Positions 25,780-39,088 of a DNA stretch of 64,000 nucleotides are shown piece by piece (positions within the stretch are counted from its first letter, which is position 1; each line of letters starts with the position of its first letter). The DNA is from Eledone cirrhosa. Taxonomy: Eukaryota. The translations under genes were made by a program, and so were the position numbers. Location: positions 281,046,001 through 281,110,000 of the forward strand of contig OZ024741.1 of the NCBI GenBank assembly GCA_964016885.1. The letters are read 5' to 3'. Under the pieces are notes generated by a model. It was given only the letters and a program-made list of their open reading frames with translations. It did not search any database and was not told where the DNA came from.

Positions 25780-27030
25780 AGAGATTGCTCCAGTTATAGA
25801 TGGATCTCCTTGTTAAAACTCTCCAGCAAAGTCTATACTGTTTAGCAAAGAGAGATAGGGAGATTGTCAAGTCCAAGTTAGCTGACAAACAGTGTTGTTT
25901 TTACCCTGGATGTTACACAGCTGACCAAATATTCACACTGGGGCAGGTCTTTGAGAAATTGTGAGAGTATTGCAAAGAGGTGTTTGATTGTTTTGTTTAC
26001 CTTGAAAAGGCATATGACCATGTTCCACAAGACCCTTTGTGGAAGGTTCTGCAGGAGTATTGGATCAATAGACAGCTTTTTGTTGCCCTGATATCTCTAC
26101 ATAAATGTCCTAGTATTTGTGTTCAGTTAAATTATGCTAAGTCAAAACTATTCAAAATGGGAATCAGACTCTGCCAAGGGTGCGTACTGTCACCTCTTCT
26201 GTTCATTATTTTCATGAATAGGATTGACATACACTGCTGGGTCAGATGTGGTATCAAGACTGGCAGGTGTAGGATCAATTGGCTGGAATTTGCAGATGAC
26301 ATGGTATTACTTATCAGAAGGTGATCTCTGACATGCACACAAGAGCTTTGCTGCTGAGTGCTGCATGGCTGGAATGAAAATCAGTGTTGTGAAGACTGAG
26401 ACACTTGTCCTCTCAAGAAAACCTGTGCAGTGCACTCTACATGTGAGTGGAGTCACACAGAAGTAGGTGGAGAATTTCAAATATCTCTGGGCCATGTTCA
26501 CATGTGATGGAATACAGGGGGCTGAATTAAGTGCAAGAATTGCAGGAGCTGGTGCAGTAATGCGCCAGCTTCAACATTTGGTCAGCAGAAGAAGGGAGGT
26601 ATCACTATCTTCAAATCGGTATTCATGTCAATCCTTACCTATGATCATCAATCTTGGGTAATGACCGAAAGAATATGATCTTGAATACAAACAAGCGAAA
26701 TAGGGTTCCTCTGAAGAGTCCTTAGAGTAATGTTACTCGACAGAGTGCATAGCTCATAGAGCAGAGAGTTGCTCCTGGTAGAGCCACTACTTCTCCAAAT
26801 TGAGAGATAACTGCTCCATGGTTAGAATGTTTCTGGAAAAAATCGCTGAACAGATTTTATGTGCCAAACCAACTAGCAGGAAACCCAGGGGTAGACCCCA
26901 AGCAAGATGACTGGGTAACATCCATGAGCTCAGCTGGTTTTGCTTGGGGATCCAGTCAGATCATTTGGAGACAGTTGCATCTAACAACATGCTGGAAGGT
27001 GTGCTTAAGGAATAAGTGGGTAAAGAAGAA
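25780..27030 (+). mobile_element. Rex3/Expander-like RTE-clade LINE, degenerate 3' half
   Basis: CFVYLEKAYDHVP, GIRLCQGCVLSPLLF, LEFADD, ENFKYL, LTYDHQSWVMTERI and VEPLLLQIER motifs with stops and frameshifts. Confidence 0.88.
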
Positions 27031-28479
27031 GAGAAGAATATATATACATATATATACTATAGATTTATACACACACACACTATATATATATATATACACA
27101 CACACACTATATATATTTGGTGCGTTATGGTCCACCTGGTTCCTTACCACTTTTCCTCCGTTATATATATATATATATATATATATGACAGAGAGAGAGA
27201 GAGGGACATAGATGACACCATTGGCAGAGAATGTTTTAGAACCTTTGAACCCCAACTTTTTTGTCTTGCATTTGTGTTCCATAAATTCTAAAAAAAAAAA
27301 AAATAGAACATTTTTATGAGAGCAGCATAGTGTTCATGAAGATGGAAAACAAATAACAGTACAATTATTAAAAGACAGAGATTTATAGCTTCTTAGTGAT
27401 TATAGCTCAGAGTAAATTCTTTTGTAACAAATCTCTCTCAGTAATGGATATAGATAGATTGTTGGAGAAATCAAAGGTTTTATATCACCATAGATTGTTA
27501 AGAGGTTATCAGTTTGGATTTCATTTTCATTTAGATTCCTTATGGAGCAGATTTGTAAGGTATTACTTATGACATGGATAGCGAATGGAAAGAAAATCTC
27601 TAAATCTCTAATTAGAGGTTCATCTTGTAAATAGTTTAATTAGAAAATATAGAAATATGTTTTGATGAAGAGATGATAATGATTAGAAAGATGCTCATTC
27701 ATTAATTTATGAGTGGCAGGAGACTGGGTTACACTGAGATATACTATATTTGACAGCTTATAAGAAGCACCTCAATTTGAGCAGTCATTAAAAAAAATAA
27801 TAAATGGGTTTAAACTATGAATGTCATGTGAAGAGTACAAAATTTGTACATCATATTTTTTTATCATCATTTTACATTGTATGATAATTCTACTTGTAAT
27901 ATTTTAGTACATTTTTAAAACATAAGGAAGTGTGAAAATAAATTTACTTTATTCTCTACACCATATTTTTTTGTTGAAACATTTAGTTCATATTTAAAAG
28001 AAAAGAAAGTGAAAATAAATTTACTTTATTCATCATAAAATTTAGCAAATTTGTAGCTATTGTTGGTGTAGAAGCGATCACTGCCTTGTTTACATTTGCA
28101 GAGATGTTTGTGATTTAATTTAAGGGCAACTGCAGCACTAGAACTCCACTAGCCAGTGACCCAAACTGACCCTTGACCTTATAAGTTGCAGGGTGATTTT
28201 CTAGGACATTTTTTGGTAAAAGATGTGTGTCTTATAAGCCATCAAATACAGTGTATAAATTATTTCATAATGAGTAGGTGGACTTCTTTTTAATGTTAAA
28301 ACGTCTATTACCATGACCACCATTTACATCACCACTAAGAATACTGCTACCACCATCAACATCACCACTGCCACCTCTATCACCATTACCACCAAAACCA
28401 CCACTTCCAACCATAACAATCTCCACCTCACAGATACCCCCAATACCACCACAAGCAATTATTATTATTATTATTATTT

Positions 28480-29135
28480 GCTACTGAGGAGCTATTCCAG
28501 ATCGAGATAAACTTTACAGGCATGCAAATGCCGTCATTCAGGCTTGTCTGAGATGTGCGCAGGGTGATGAAACTATCTTGCACGCACTCTTCGAGTGTCT
28601 TAGTATTGCTGACATGTGGGTTTTTGTTGAACATCTACTGTCACGTGTGGGATGGATCTGACTATCAACTGAGCCCATTGTGAAGGTCACCCTGCCATCT
28701 TCCTTTAGAGGAGAAGGACAGTCAGATTTTATCTGTCGTGTGGCCATGGCGAAAGAGGTCATATGGTGGATGATTAACTTTTTCAGGTTTCACCTGATGA
28801 GATAAATCAGAGTGAAGAGGGAAATGCTGCCTACCAACAAGTTTTTTGAAAGATGGGTGAGAGAGGTGAGTATGGTTTGAGTGAATGGCCTGCACTGAGT
28901 ATGCACCTGCAAATTAGAGGAGGACTAAGAAAGAGCACTTGCCCTTTTTGTGGGCTTTTTCCACAATTGACCCTAGGAGGTACCCCCACTTTTGGGGAAT
29001 ATGTTTGATTTTTTAAAATATTTATTTTTTAGTCTTTGTTATAAACTCGTTTTACACAAAAACCCACACTATACTATCATGTGCCGTTTTTATTATTCTT
29101 TTAATGTGAGCCCTATGTGGTTAATAAAGAAAGCA
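28480..29135 (+). mobile_element. Tx1/L1-like LINE 3' end (CCHC zinc knuckle plus 3' UTR)
   Basis: GAIPDRDKLYRH...CLRCAQGDETILHALFEC (C-X2-C-X8-H-X4-C); AATAAA near 29122. Confidence 0.75.
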
Positions 29136-31051
29136 TCATTATTATTATTATTATTTTGTGTGCTATCTCTGCATTATGGAGCACAGCTCTGTGTGCCTTG
29201 TGTATGTGCAGTATGGTTTTTGGTGGTGTTCTATTCTATTGAGAGTACCCTTCATAATAGGAAATGTTCATAAAGTGAAACTATTTTTCCTACGAAATGT
29301 TGAGAGAAATACAGTGAGAGAGACTGTGTGAAAGACAGATAGATATCACCATAATAACTAACTTCACAGCAAGTGATGCTTTCCTGCCGATACTCCCAGC
29401 TGTGTGTTCGTTACTCGAGACACCGTTCATCAACCGAGGCATTTTATGTTCAGAAAAATTGTTCACAAACAGATTTGTCTGTGAACCGATGCTCAACTGT
29501 ATATATATATATATATATATATTATGGTTAATGTCTTCAACATATAAGAGTTGTTACCTCCGATTTCAAATGCTGCATGTATACTAGATTGTGCAATTGT
29601 GCAGATGCATGCAATGTTATCATTCAGTCAACTAAACAAAGATGGCTGATGCTATTAACGTGAGATCTCATATGTATAAAGTAAATTTAACTGTTTTTAT
29701 GTGTTTTCTGTACTGTAAATGTTTTAGTTTGAACATATGGTCTCAGATCAACTCTGAAATAGGTGGTGATTCTTATCTATAAATTTGTATGTAGGTTTCT
29801 GGAGCATCACTGAGGAAGAACTATGAAGATAACACTAGAATAGTTTCCTATTGCCTTCCTCAAGCACACCCTACTGCAAATTAATAGAACATGAAGCAAT
29901 TGTACAGGGGTGGTATTGCTGCTTAGAGTGGTGTCTATTTATAGCTGAGTGGACTGGGCCTTACCCAGTCTATCCTACTAGCATAAGATAAATATTGTTT
30001 TCTTACTAAGGTTCACAAAAAGAAAACAGCATTTATTTATCTTACAGTAGTTAGCTTTTTGATTATATTCTAATCAAATTACTTTTTTAAAACCCATTTG
30101 ACTTCTAGCTTCCTAAAATTAAGTAACAATAAGATATTTTGGTTAATTCAATTGACTCTATCATGCCTTTTAGTTTGTTTTTCTTTTTATATAAAAAATC
30201 CCAAATAATCAGCCAATGAAAAATCTGTCTAGATTTAGTTTAAAGTTAGTTTAAACACATATCTTGGCTTCTTCAGAAAATATTTCATAAATAAAAAAAC
30301 ATACTGGAACATTCTGAATTTTGATTTTATTATCTCCTAGTAGTTATCATTGCCATCTATCTATTTTCAGTTTGTCTACATCCACTTGCTTTCTATCATA
30401 GGCATTCAGTCATTGACAGTCACTAAAGGGTATTTTGTAATAAACCTTTCACTTGTGTCATCAAAAACAACTGGCATATATAATCTGGTAGAGTTGATTT
30501 CTTATAATGTGGTAGAGTTGAATTATTATAATAAAAAACCAACAAAAAAATCGAGTTCTTGCAACAGGTGCAGCGAGTTGTTGGGGTTGCCATTGTAAGC
30601 ATTTGACTGTGTGTCTATCATGACATTTCAATGGGCCTTAGAAGTGTTTGGTGGTGCTCATCTTCCCATAACTGGTGCAGCCAGTTGTTGGGGTGCCATT
30701 TTAAACGTTTAACTGTGTGTCCATCATAGCATTTCAATGGACCTTAGAAGTGCTTGGAAATGACCATCTCTTCTCCAAGCATCCAGTCCCTCATTAAGTT
30801 TAGCCTAGCTTGCCAAGAGAAACAGTTACTGGGGTGTGACTGAAAAATGTCCCAGACCCAAAAGTGTGAGTCAGGTGAGAACCTGTACACCTGTCCATCC
30901 CTAAAGATGCTGCTGTCATAATGTGCCAGTTTTGTGTTAATATTTCTAAAATCCCGAATAACGCTATGTCTTGTATTGCAATAACATTTCTTCAAATCAC
31001 TTCACTCTATTTTCAAAGGAACATTAGATAATGCTATGTCCATTATTGAAA

Positions 31052-31245
31052 TAATTGTTTCTACTTTTTGGCATAAGGCCAGTAATTACCCAGTACATTA
31101 CTGGTACTTTATTTTATCGACCCCGTAAGGATGAAAGGCAAAGTTAACCTCGGCGGGATTTGAACTCAGAATGGCAAGGGCCGTAACTATATGCGTCAAA
31201 GCATGGCGTCCGATGCCTCTACCGATACTGCCAATCCACCACCCT
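31052..31245 (-). mobile_element. Young tRNA-derived SINE with 17-bp TSD
   Basis: Reverse complement of the 25220 family; TCCATTATTGAAATAAT at 31039-31055 and 31246-31262. Confidence 0.9.
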
Positions 31246-32033
31246 TCCATTATTGAAATAATGTTTCTTTAAATTATTTCAATTTACTTTTAAAGAGTAA
31301 TGGTACTTCTGGTTGATAAAAGCCAGAATCTGAGTAAATTCATGATGGTTTACATTGGCTCAGTACTTTCAGTTCTTCATATACAATTTATATAATTTTT
31401 TTGATACCAATCTACCTGAAACCTCCCCTGATTCTATGATACAAAACTGTTTATTTCTAAAATGTTTAAATTTGTGTAAAATCTTTCCAACATAATTTTA
31501 TGTAAAGAACCTTTAAGTTATGTAACAAACACGAGTTTAATAATGGTTTCTCGTTTAGGCACAAGGCCAACAATTTTGGGAGAGGGAAAGTTGATTAAAC
31601 CGACCCCAGTGCATTACTGGTACTTTATTTTATCAACAATAAATTTGGTGGTATTTGAACAATATGGTCTAAGCCTATTGTCTGATACTCTACTGATACT
31701 GCCAATCCACTGCCTTCAACACCAGTTTAATAATGATGATGTTAATTGTATTAATACATCTCAACAAATTCTTCATTAATTGAATGTTATTGGTAATGTC
31801 TTTTATTAGAAATTTAGTAGTATAATTACCACTACCAATATCATCATCACTACCACCATCATCATCACTACCACCATCACTACCACTACCAACATCACTA
31901 TCACTACCACCATTACCACCATCATTACCACTACCACTACTAACACTACTACCACAACTATTACCACCATTACTACCGCTACCATCACCAAACAGTCAAT
32001 TAGATAATGAATATTATCAGATAGTTACACATT

Positions 32034-32220
32034 GGCGGTGAATTGGCAGTATGGGTAGAGGGTCGGACGCCATGCTTTCTAGCATAGTTACATCCCTTTA
32101 CAGTCTGAGTTCAAATCCCGCCGAGGTTAACTTTGCCTTTCATCCTTACGGGGTCGATAAAATAAAGTACCAGTAATGTACTGGGTAATTGCTGGCCTTG
32201 TGCCTAAAGTCGAAACAATT
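32034..32220 (+). mobile_element. Young tRNA-derived SINE with 21-bp TSD
   Basis: Same family; ATTATCAGATAGTTACACATT at 32013-32033 and 32218-32238. Confidence 0.9.
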
Positions 32221-32599
32221 ATCAGATAGTTACACATTTCTGTCCATAACAATCTTTTGATTTATCACAACACAAATTAAACCTAACAGTGATGGTAATG
32301 GTGGTAGTCATAGTGATGGTGTTAATGGTAGTGATAGTGGTAGTGGTTGTAATGATGGTAGTAGTAGTGGTGTTAGTGGTGGAAATGGGGATAGTGGTAG
32401 TAATGGTACTTTAAACATTATTCTCTCTATATTTCTCCCAATTTTCTCTACAACATTGTTTTGCTGAATTAGTACAGCATCTTCATGCTTGTTGGAAGAG
32501 GGGACTAAAAGGGTTGGCACCAAGAATGACATCTGGCCATAAAAGATTTAAAAAAAAAATGACTCTATGATGTGCATGAGGCTGTTTATGGGACCTACA

Positions 32600-32950
32600 A
32601 GGCTAAGCATTGTTTTAACAGAAAACTGGCCTTAAAACAATTACTGGAGCATTGTTTCATGGGTCCGATAAGGCTAAGCATTGTTTTAGTAGAGAAAACT
32701 GGCCTTAAAACAATTACTGGGGCATTGTTTCATGGGTCCAATAAGGCTAAGCATTGTTTTAGCAGAGAAAACTGGCCTTAAAACAATTACTGGGGCATTG
32801 TTTCATGGGTCTGATAAGGCTAAGCATTGTTTTAGCAGAGAAAACAGGCCTTAAAACAATTGCTGGGACATTGTTTCAGGCGTCCCATAAGGTTAACCAC
32901 TGTTTTAGCAGAGAAAACAGGCCTTAAAACAATTGCTGGGACATTGTTTT
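32600..32950. repeat. 73-bp minisatellite, about 5 copies
   Basis: AGGCTAAGCATTGTTTTAGCAGAGAAAACTGGCCTTAAAACAATTACTGGGGCATTGTTTCATGGGTCCAATA units. Confidence 0.92.
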
Positions 32951-33417
32951 GCTAAAAAGAAAAGGGAAGAAAGAGCATTGTCTCATAGTAAGCAGTAGCT
33001 CATGCGACGTTCTTCAGTTTAATTAGCGTCATGAACACCAGTGACTTCGCAGATGATCAACTTTTAAATCTCCACTTAGCGGAGAAATCTATGAGAATGC
33101 AGGTGTGGCAAGCTGTATATATTCTAGCCATTAGAAAAAGCAAAATGAATGCTTCACCTTTGATGGAGGGATGACCCAAGAAGATGTTAGCAGCAATGAG
33201 GTTCATAAAAGGGTTAATTTATGTTGAATAGATATATTTTTTAAGTATTTACATATGATATTTTGTGATATTAACTGAATTTGCACCTGTAGTAGTTTTT
33301 ACATGCTTCCATCAGAGTAGCAAAAAAAAAATATATATATGCCCCAGTATGGTGGCTGGATCATGTAATGAGTTCTTATATTTCTTTGGGACTTACATCA
33401 TCCAAATCCAGAATTAA

Positions 33418-33475
33418 TGTACTGATGAGGCTTTAGTTTTACCTGGTCATCTTGAAGTTGAAACGAGCGTAGACA
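33418..33475 (+). ncRNA. Degenerate type I hammerhead motif
   Basis: TGTA-CTGATGA-GGCTT...AAGTT-GAAAC gagc GTA-GACA followed by AATAAA. Stems I and II carry mismatches or GU pairs. Confidence 0.5.
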
Positions 33476-33874
33476 ATAAAATGATTTAAATACATATATT
33501 ATCATTATCATCACTGTTTTATGTCCATTTTCCCATGCTAGCATGGGTTAGATGAGTATATATATATATATCAAGAAATCTACTTTCCTCTTTGCCATTA
33601 CTGCTTATTGAGATAAATCTTATTTATTGTGTTATTCATAAGGAATTATTAAATTGCTACCCATGTTTCCTAATTCATCTTTTAACATGAAAAGAGAAAA
33701 TAAATTTTTTCTCGCACAATAACACTTTCGTATTCATGATAACATTAAGTAAATATATGTTTGCGTTATAGTCAAAGTCAACTTGTGAAACTCTTTCTCC
33801 TTCTCCTTCTGTAATAACTTATGTAAATTTATTCTACATGCCACCATCATAAATGAAACCTGTCTTCATTTTAG

Positions 33875-33919
33875 GTGAATTTCTTCCAGTCTCTTTCACA
33901 ACCTGCAACACTAAGGAGG
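33875..33919 (+). CDS. ENO4: Enolase-4-like, coding exon B (45 nt)
   Basis: ttttag acceptor, VNFFQSLSQPATLRR, gtaagt donor; phase 0/0. Continues exon A and matches recalled ENO4 ANCFSKLAKPPTICK. Confidence 0.85.
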
Positions 33920-35139
33920 GTAAGTCAAAATACATATTTATACATAGTATTTCAACTTATGATTGAATGTATGGAATCACCCAAGAACTGTTATAGAACT
34001 ATTCCAGTGCTTAACTTTTTTGCTACCAACCTACCTGATACTGCTCTTGGTTCTGCGATATTAAGCTGTTTATTTTAAAGTATTTATATTCATCTAAAAC
34101 CCTTCTCATTATAATTCTATGTAAGAACCTGTGTTAAATTACGCTCTAAACATCAGCTTAATAATGAGAAAGTTAGTTACAATTAATAAATCTTTCCAAA
34201 TTCTTGATTATTTTCAGAATGATTTGAAAATTATAAGCAATGTCTTTTATTAAAAATCATCATCACCATTGCTTAACGTCCATTTTTCCACACTAGCATG
34301 GGTTAGAAAAATTCTTCCATTGTATAGAAGCCAGATCAGGTGACTGTCTTGCTCATATAGATCTGATTTTGGCTTGTTTCTGTGGCTGAAGGCCCTTCCT
34401 AATGCCAACCACATTTACAGTGTGGACTGGGCGCTTTTTATTGTGACACCTACATGACCACTTTACAGTGTGGACTTAGCAGTTTTTTTCGTTGCATCAA
34501 AATGACCACTTTAGCAATGAAAAGGTTAAATGACTTGGTCATAGACATATTGTAGTGCTGGTGACAGGATCATCATCATCATCGTTTAACATCCATTTTC
34601 CACGCTAGCATAGGTTAGACAGGTCCTGCCATTTGAGGTAAGTTGGGTCAGGTGACTGTGTCTTACTCAGATAGGACTGTTTTTGGCTAGGTTTCTATGG
34701 CTGGATGCCCTTCCTAACACCAACCATATTTACAGAGTGTGCTAGGTTCTTTTTGCAAATCAATAACCTGTAAGCTGCTGGTTGTCTGATAGCTTATCAA
34801 CGCAGCCATCTGTGCCATGAATATATTTTTAACCCTTTTGATACCAAACCATGTGAAACTGTCCTGTATTTATTATACAAAACTACTTATTTTAAAATGT
34901 TTATCCTTATATTAAAACTTCCATTATAATTTTATTTGAGACATTTTTGTTAAGTAATGTTCTAATTATCAGCTTACTAATAAAAAACTTAGAAAATAGC
35001 ATAAAATTCTGAGTAATTTAATAACTTGTTGAAGTCTTCTTTTGTACTTGAAGATGTGTGATTGTGTTAAGTAATTTTTCCTTTTCTTTTTTTTTGTAGT
35101 TACTGGGGCTGTCAGTTATAGCCTAAAAATATTTACATA

Positions 35140-35500
35140 GTAGAATTGGTTATAGCCTAAAAATATTTACATTGTAGAATTGGTATATATAGAAGGCTGT
35201 AGAATTGCATATGAGAGAGGCTGTAGAATTGGTATATGAGAGAGGCTGTAGAATTGGTATATGAGAGAGGCTGTAGAATTGGTATATGAGAGAGGCTGTA
35301 GAATTGGTATATGAGAGAGAGGCTGTAGAATTGGTATATGAGAGAGAGGCTGTAGAATTGGTATATATAAGAGGCTGTGGAATTGGTATATACAGAGTGT
35401 CCCAAAAAATGTATACACACTTTTATTAGAATGTTGTTGAAGTTTGTATTTTTTTGGGACACCCTATATTAAGGGCTGTGGAATTGGTATATCAGAGAGG
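35140..35500. repeat. 23-27-bp minisatellite (GCTGTAGAATTGGTATATGAGAGAG)
   Basis: Tandem units visible; interrupted by a mini-MITE. Confidence 0.9.
35393..35466. mobile_element. 74-bp Tc1/mariner-type mini-MITE
   Basis: TA|CAGAGTGTCCCAAAAAA ... TTTTTTGGGACACCCTA|TA, inserted at a TA of the minisatellite. Confidence 0.7.
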
Positions 35501-36539
35501 CTGTTTGTGGCAGTGGTGTATAGAGAGAAGACAAAAGAGAGATTGTGAATATGTGTGTGTGTGTGTTAATTCCTCTTTAAAAGAGTGTTTGTGCTTGTTA
35601 TTGACTAACAAAAATGTGGGTGATTGCAGTCGGAATTTTATTTGAGCATAAGTAGGTACAGTATGGGCGGTATGTGTAGTTGTGTGTGTGACTGTGTGTG
35701 TGGCTGTGTGTGTGTGTGTGCACCTGTGCACCTATAAATTCATTAACAGGTTTGTTTCTGCCTGACTGAGAATCAATGAACAGTTTGTGTTGGATTACAG
35801 CGTCATGAATATATCCTTGAAAGCTACCTTAGTATTTATTATTTGTGATACCATCTCTCCCGAAACAAAAAAAGCTATTTAACATCTTTGATACCAAAAT
35901 TCTTGAAACCATAAGAACCTTTGTTAAGTTGTTTTCCAAATAACAACTTAACAATGACAAAGTTAGTTATATTACTAAATCTATCCAAAGGTGGTGGATT
36001 GTCAGAGTCATTTGAATGTTGGACAAATGTTTAGCAGTATTTGTTCCAGCTCTCTGCACTGTCAGTTAAAATCCCATCATGGTCAGCTTTGCTTTTCATC
36101 CTTTCGAGGTTAATAAAAAAAAATTACCAGTTCAATACTGGAGTTCTCTCTCTTTCTCTCTCTGTGTGTGGGAAATCGGCTGTGTTCAGACTTGGAGAAG
36201 GAAAGATTCCAGCAGGTTTAAAATCCCCAAGACACACTGTATTTCATGATGGTACCCCTTACAACTTCATCAGGAGTAAGGGCCCTTACATATACACATT
36301 GTAGTTTACTGACAATAGCTATACAATACACAAATAGTCAGGAATTATGGGCCCTTTCATACATACAACATTCTAGTTTATTAGCAATAGATATGAGAGA
36401 CACAAATAGATATAGAAAGTGAAAGAGAGAGAGAGAGATAAAGTAGAATTAATTGATGATGTGAAGTTTATACCGTTATAACAAGATCTGGCTCTTTTAA
36501 AATTTTAATCAGATAACTATTTTAGAACACCTAAAATCA

Positions 36540-36721
36540 TAATTGTTTCTACTTTAGGCACACGGCCAGCAATTACCCAGTGCATTACTGGTACTTTATT
36601 TTATCGACCCCGTAAGGGTGAAAGGCAAAGTCAACCTCGGTGGGATTTGAACTCAGATCGTAAAGGGACGTAACTATGCTGGAAAGCATGGCGTCCGACC
36701 CTCTACCGATACTGCCAATCC
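36540..36721 (-). mobile_element. Young tRNA-derived SINE
   Basis: Same family as 32034, reverse orientation; AAAATCATAAT flanking direct repeat. Confidence 0.88.
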
Positions 36722-37022
36722 AAAAATCATAATCATCACAATACAGGTGATATGAAGGCATATATAATATATTTGTGTATAATAAACACACACAAGTCTT
36801 GTTGGGTTTTCTTAAGCTGGGATCATGTGACAGCTACCTCAGTTGCCATGTGAGAACACCAAGCACTAGTGTTTCAGGGCTTTTATTCATCATCAGTCAC
36901 ATTTACAAACTAAGCAAATAGCTTAAGTAGATTTTTTGCAAATAATACATTTATGGAGATGCTCATTTGCATATAATTCAAGCTTGACAAGTTGGTATTA
37001 ATTAACATAATTCATAATATAA

Positions 37023-37063
<41 letters not shown>

Positions 37064-38742
37064 TGTGGTCATCATCATCATCATCACCATCACCATTTTT
37101 CCACGCTAGCATGGATTAGATGAATTGCCCCATTTGAGACAAGTCAAGTCAGGTGATCGTGTCTAGCTCATACAGATCTGTTCTGGCTTGGTTTCTGTGG
37201 CTGGATGCCCTTCCTAATGCCAACCACATTTACAGTGTGGGCTGGGTGCTTTTTGTTGTGATATCAACACAACTTCTTTACAGTGTAGACTGGACACTTT
37301 TTGACATGGCACCAAAATGACCACTTTACAGTGTGAAGCGGGGGCTGGGGTAGGGTTTATAAGGGCATGGGTGAAAGATGGGGTGTTAGGATGTGGGTGG
37401 AGTGTTATGGTGTGGGAGGTGTATGGAAGGGGGAGATATGGCTAAAATGGTGCATACTACATGTATGCTTCAACCCACGCACATGGGAAGATGGGTCTTC
37501 TGTATTACTGCACAATGCCAGAGATCTCAATCACATGTCATTGCTTTTGAGTGGTGCAATTTTGCAAGGTCAGCTTTTATCACTTTATCCCAAGTCTTCC
37601 TAGGTCTTAGTACTCCATAGCTTCCATCAACTGTGAGCGCTCTGCACCTTTTTATACACGGTTATTTATGATAAAGTTACATAAGTTTTATTACTCTGAG
37701 TAGCAACCTAAACTCACCTTTGAATTAATATTATTCTAATCTACTTAATAGCCCTGAGTATTTTTCAAAGGTTTTACCATTCACAACACTGTGAATTTCT
37801 ATTTACATATCATCATCATTGTTTAATGTCCATTTTTCCATGCTAGCATGGGTTAGCCACATATATACTTAGTGGTTAGTAGATGTGTGTATGTATATAT
37901 GTGTTTGTGTGTATGGATGTATGTGTGTATGTTTGAGTGTGTGTGTGTGTGTATATGTATGTTTACATGCACATGTGTAACTATGTCTTATAAGTATATA
38001 TATGTATGTATATATGTATGTTTATACATAAATATGTATGCATGTATATGTTTTTGTGTGTATATATGTATGTGTTTGAGTGTGTGTATATGTATGTGTA
38101 CATGTATGTATGTATGTCTTATTAATGTATGTCTGTGTATATATATATATACTCTTTTATGTGTTCCAGCCATCTGGCTGAGGCCTTGCTGGGGCACATG
38201 TTTACAGAAATATGTATGCATGTGTATGTTTATCTGTGTGTATGTATATATGTATGTATAAGCTGTCATTGATAGATACATTTAATCTTAAATCACTATA
38301 TCCACTTCATCTATTGTTAGGTTTTCTTGGCCTGCCACCAAGATTCCATTATTTTTGTTCACTTTCTTACTATTATTTCATTGTTGTGTTATGTATAAAC
38401 AACAACAACAACACCACAGTTACTAACATAGTAGTAGTAGTGGCGGTGGTGCAACCTATTTCAAAAGGAATAATAAATCTAACCTGTCAAATACTTGGAA
38501 TGTCTCTACACTATATGGTTCATACCACCACTGTCTCTTTCTACACTAAGCAGTTCATACCTCTTCTAATTCAATATATTTTTATGGCTCCTGTGGTGTA
38601 TTGCTGGGTGTGTGTGTGTGTGTATGTGGGTGCAGCCCCCCCCCCCAATAAATTGTTGTTGGAAAATTTAATCTTTTTGTTGGAAAATTTAGTCATTTTG
38701 TTAGAAAATTATAAAATGATAGGGGTAATATGTTTATGTATG

Positions 38743-39088
38743 GGAGGCACATGGCTTAGTGGTTAGAGCATTGGCCTTGCAATCGAAAGGTTGTGAGTTC
38801 AATTCTCAGACCAGGTGATGTGTTGTTTCCTTGAGCAAGACACTTTATTTCACATTACTCCAGTTTACTCAGCTGTAGAAATGAGATGATAGGGACTGGG
38901 GTCCCTATCATTCCACTGCAAAGTGGTTGTGTAGGTGCCACGACAAAAAAGCACCCAGCACTCACTGTAAATGAGGTTGGTGTTAGGAAGGGCATCCAGC
39001 TGTAGAAATCAAGCCAGAATCAGTTCCCGTCCCACCCTTGCAAGCAGGAAAAAGCGGACGTAAAATGATGATGGTGATGATGATGATG
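38743..39088 (+). mobile_element. Second tRNA-derived SINE type followed by an RTE-type 3' tail
   Basis: Box A TGGCTTAGTGG, box B GAGTTCAATTC, CCTTGAGCAAGACACTTTA core, then ...AGGAAGGGCATCCAGC...GGACGTAAAA(TGA)n. Confidence 0.7.

Noticed and set aside
32600-32950. CRISPR-like regular repeats with an internal palindrome
   Set aside because: No unique spacers (whole 73-bp units repeat), eukaryotic context and no cas genes.
36860-36900. Minus CTGATGA...GAAA hammerhead-like core
   Set aside because: Stems I and II cannot be formed.
37872-38281. Cys/Val/Tyr-rich ORFs (also near 8.8, 41, 54 and 61.6 kb)
   Set aside because: Degenerate (GT/AT)n microsatellites.
38743-38815. Possible tRNA gene
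   Set aside because: A and B boxes are present, but there is no complete cloverleaf and it runs into a SINE body.
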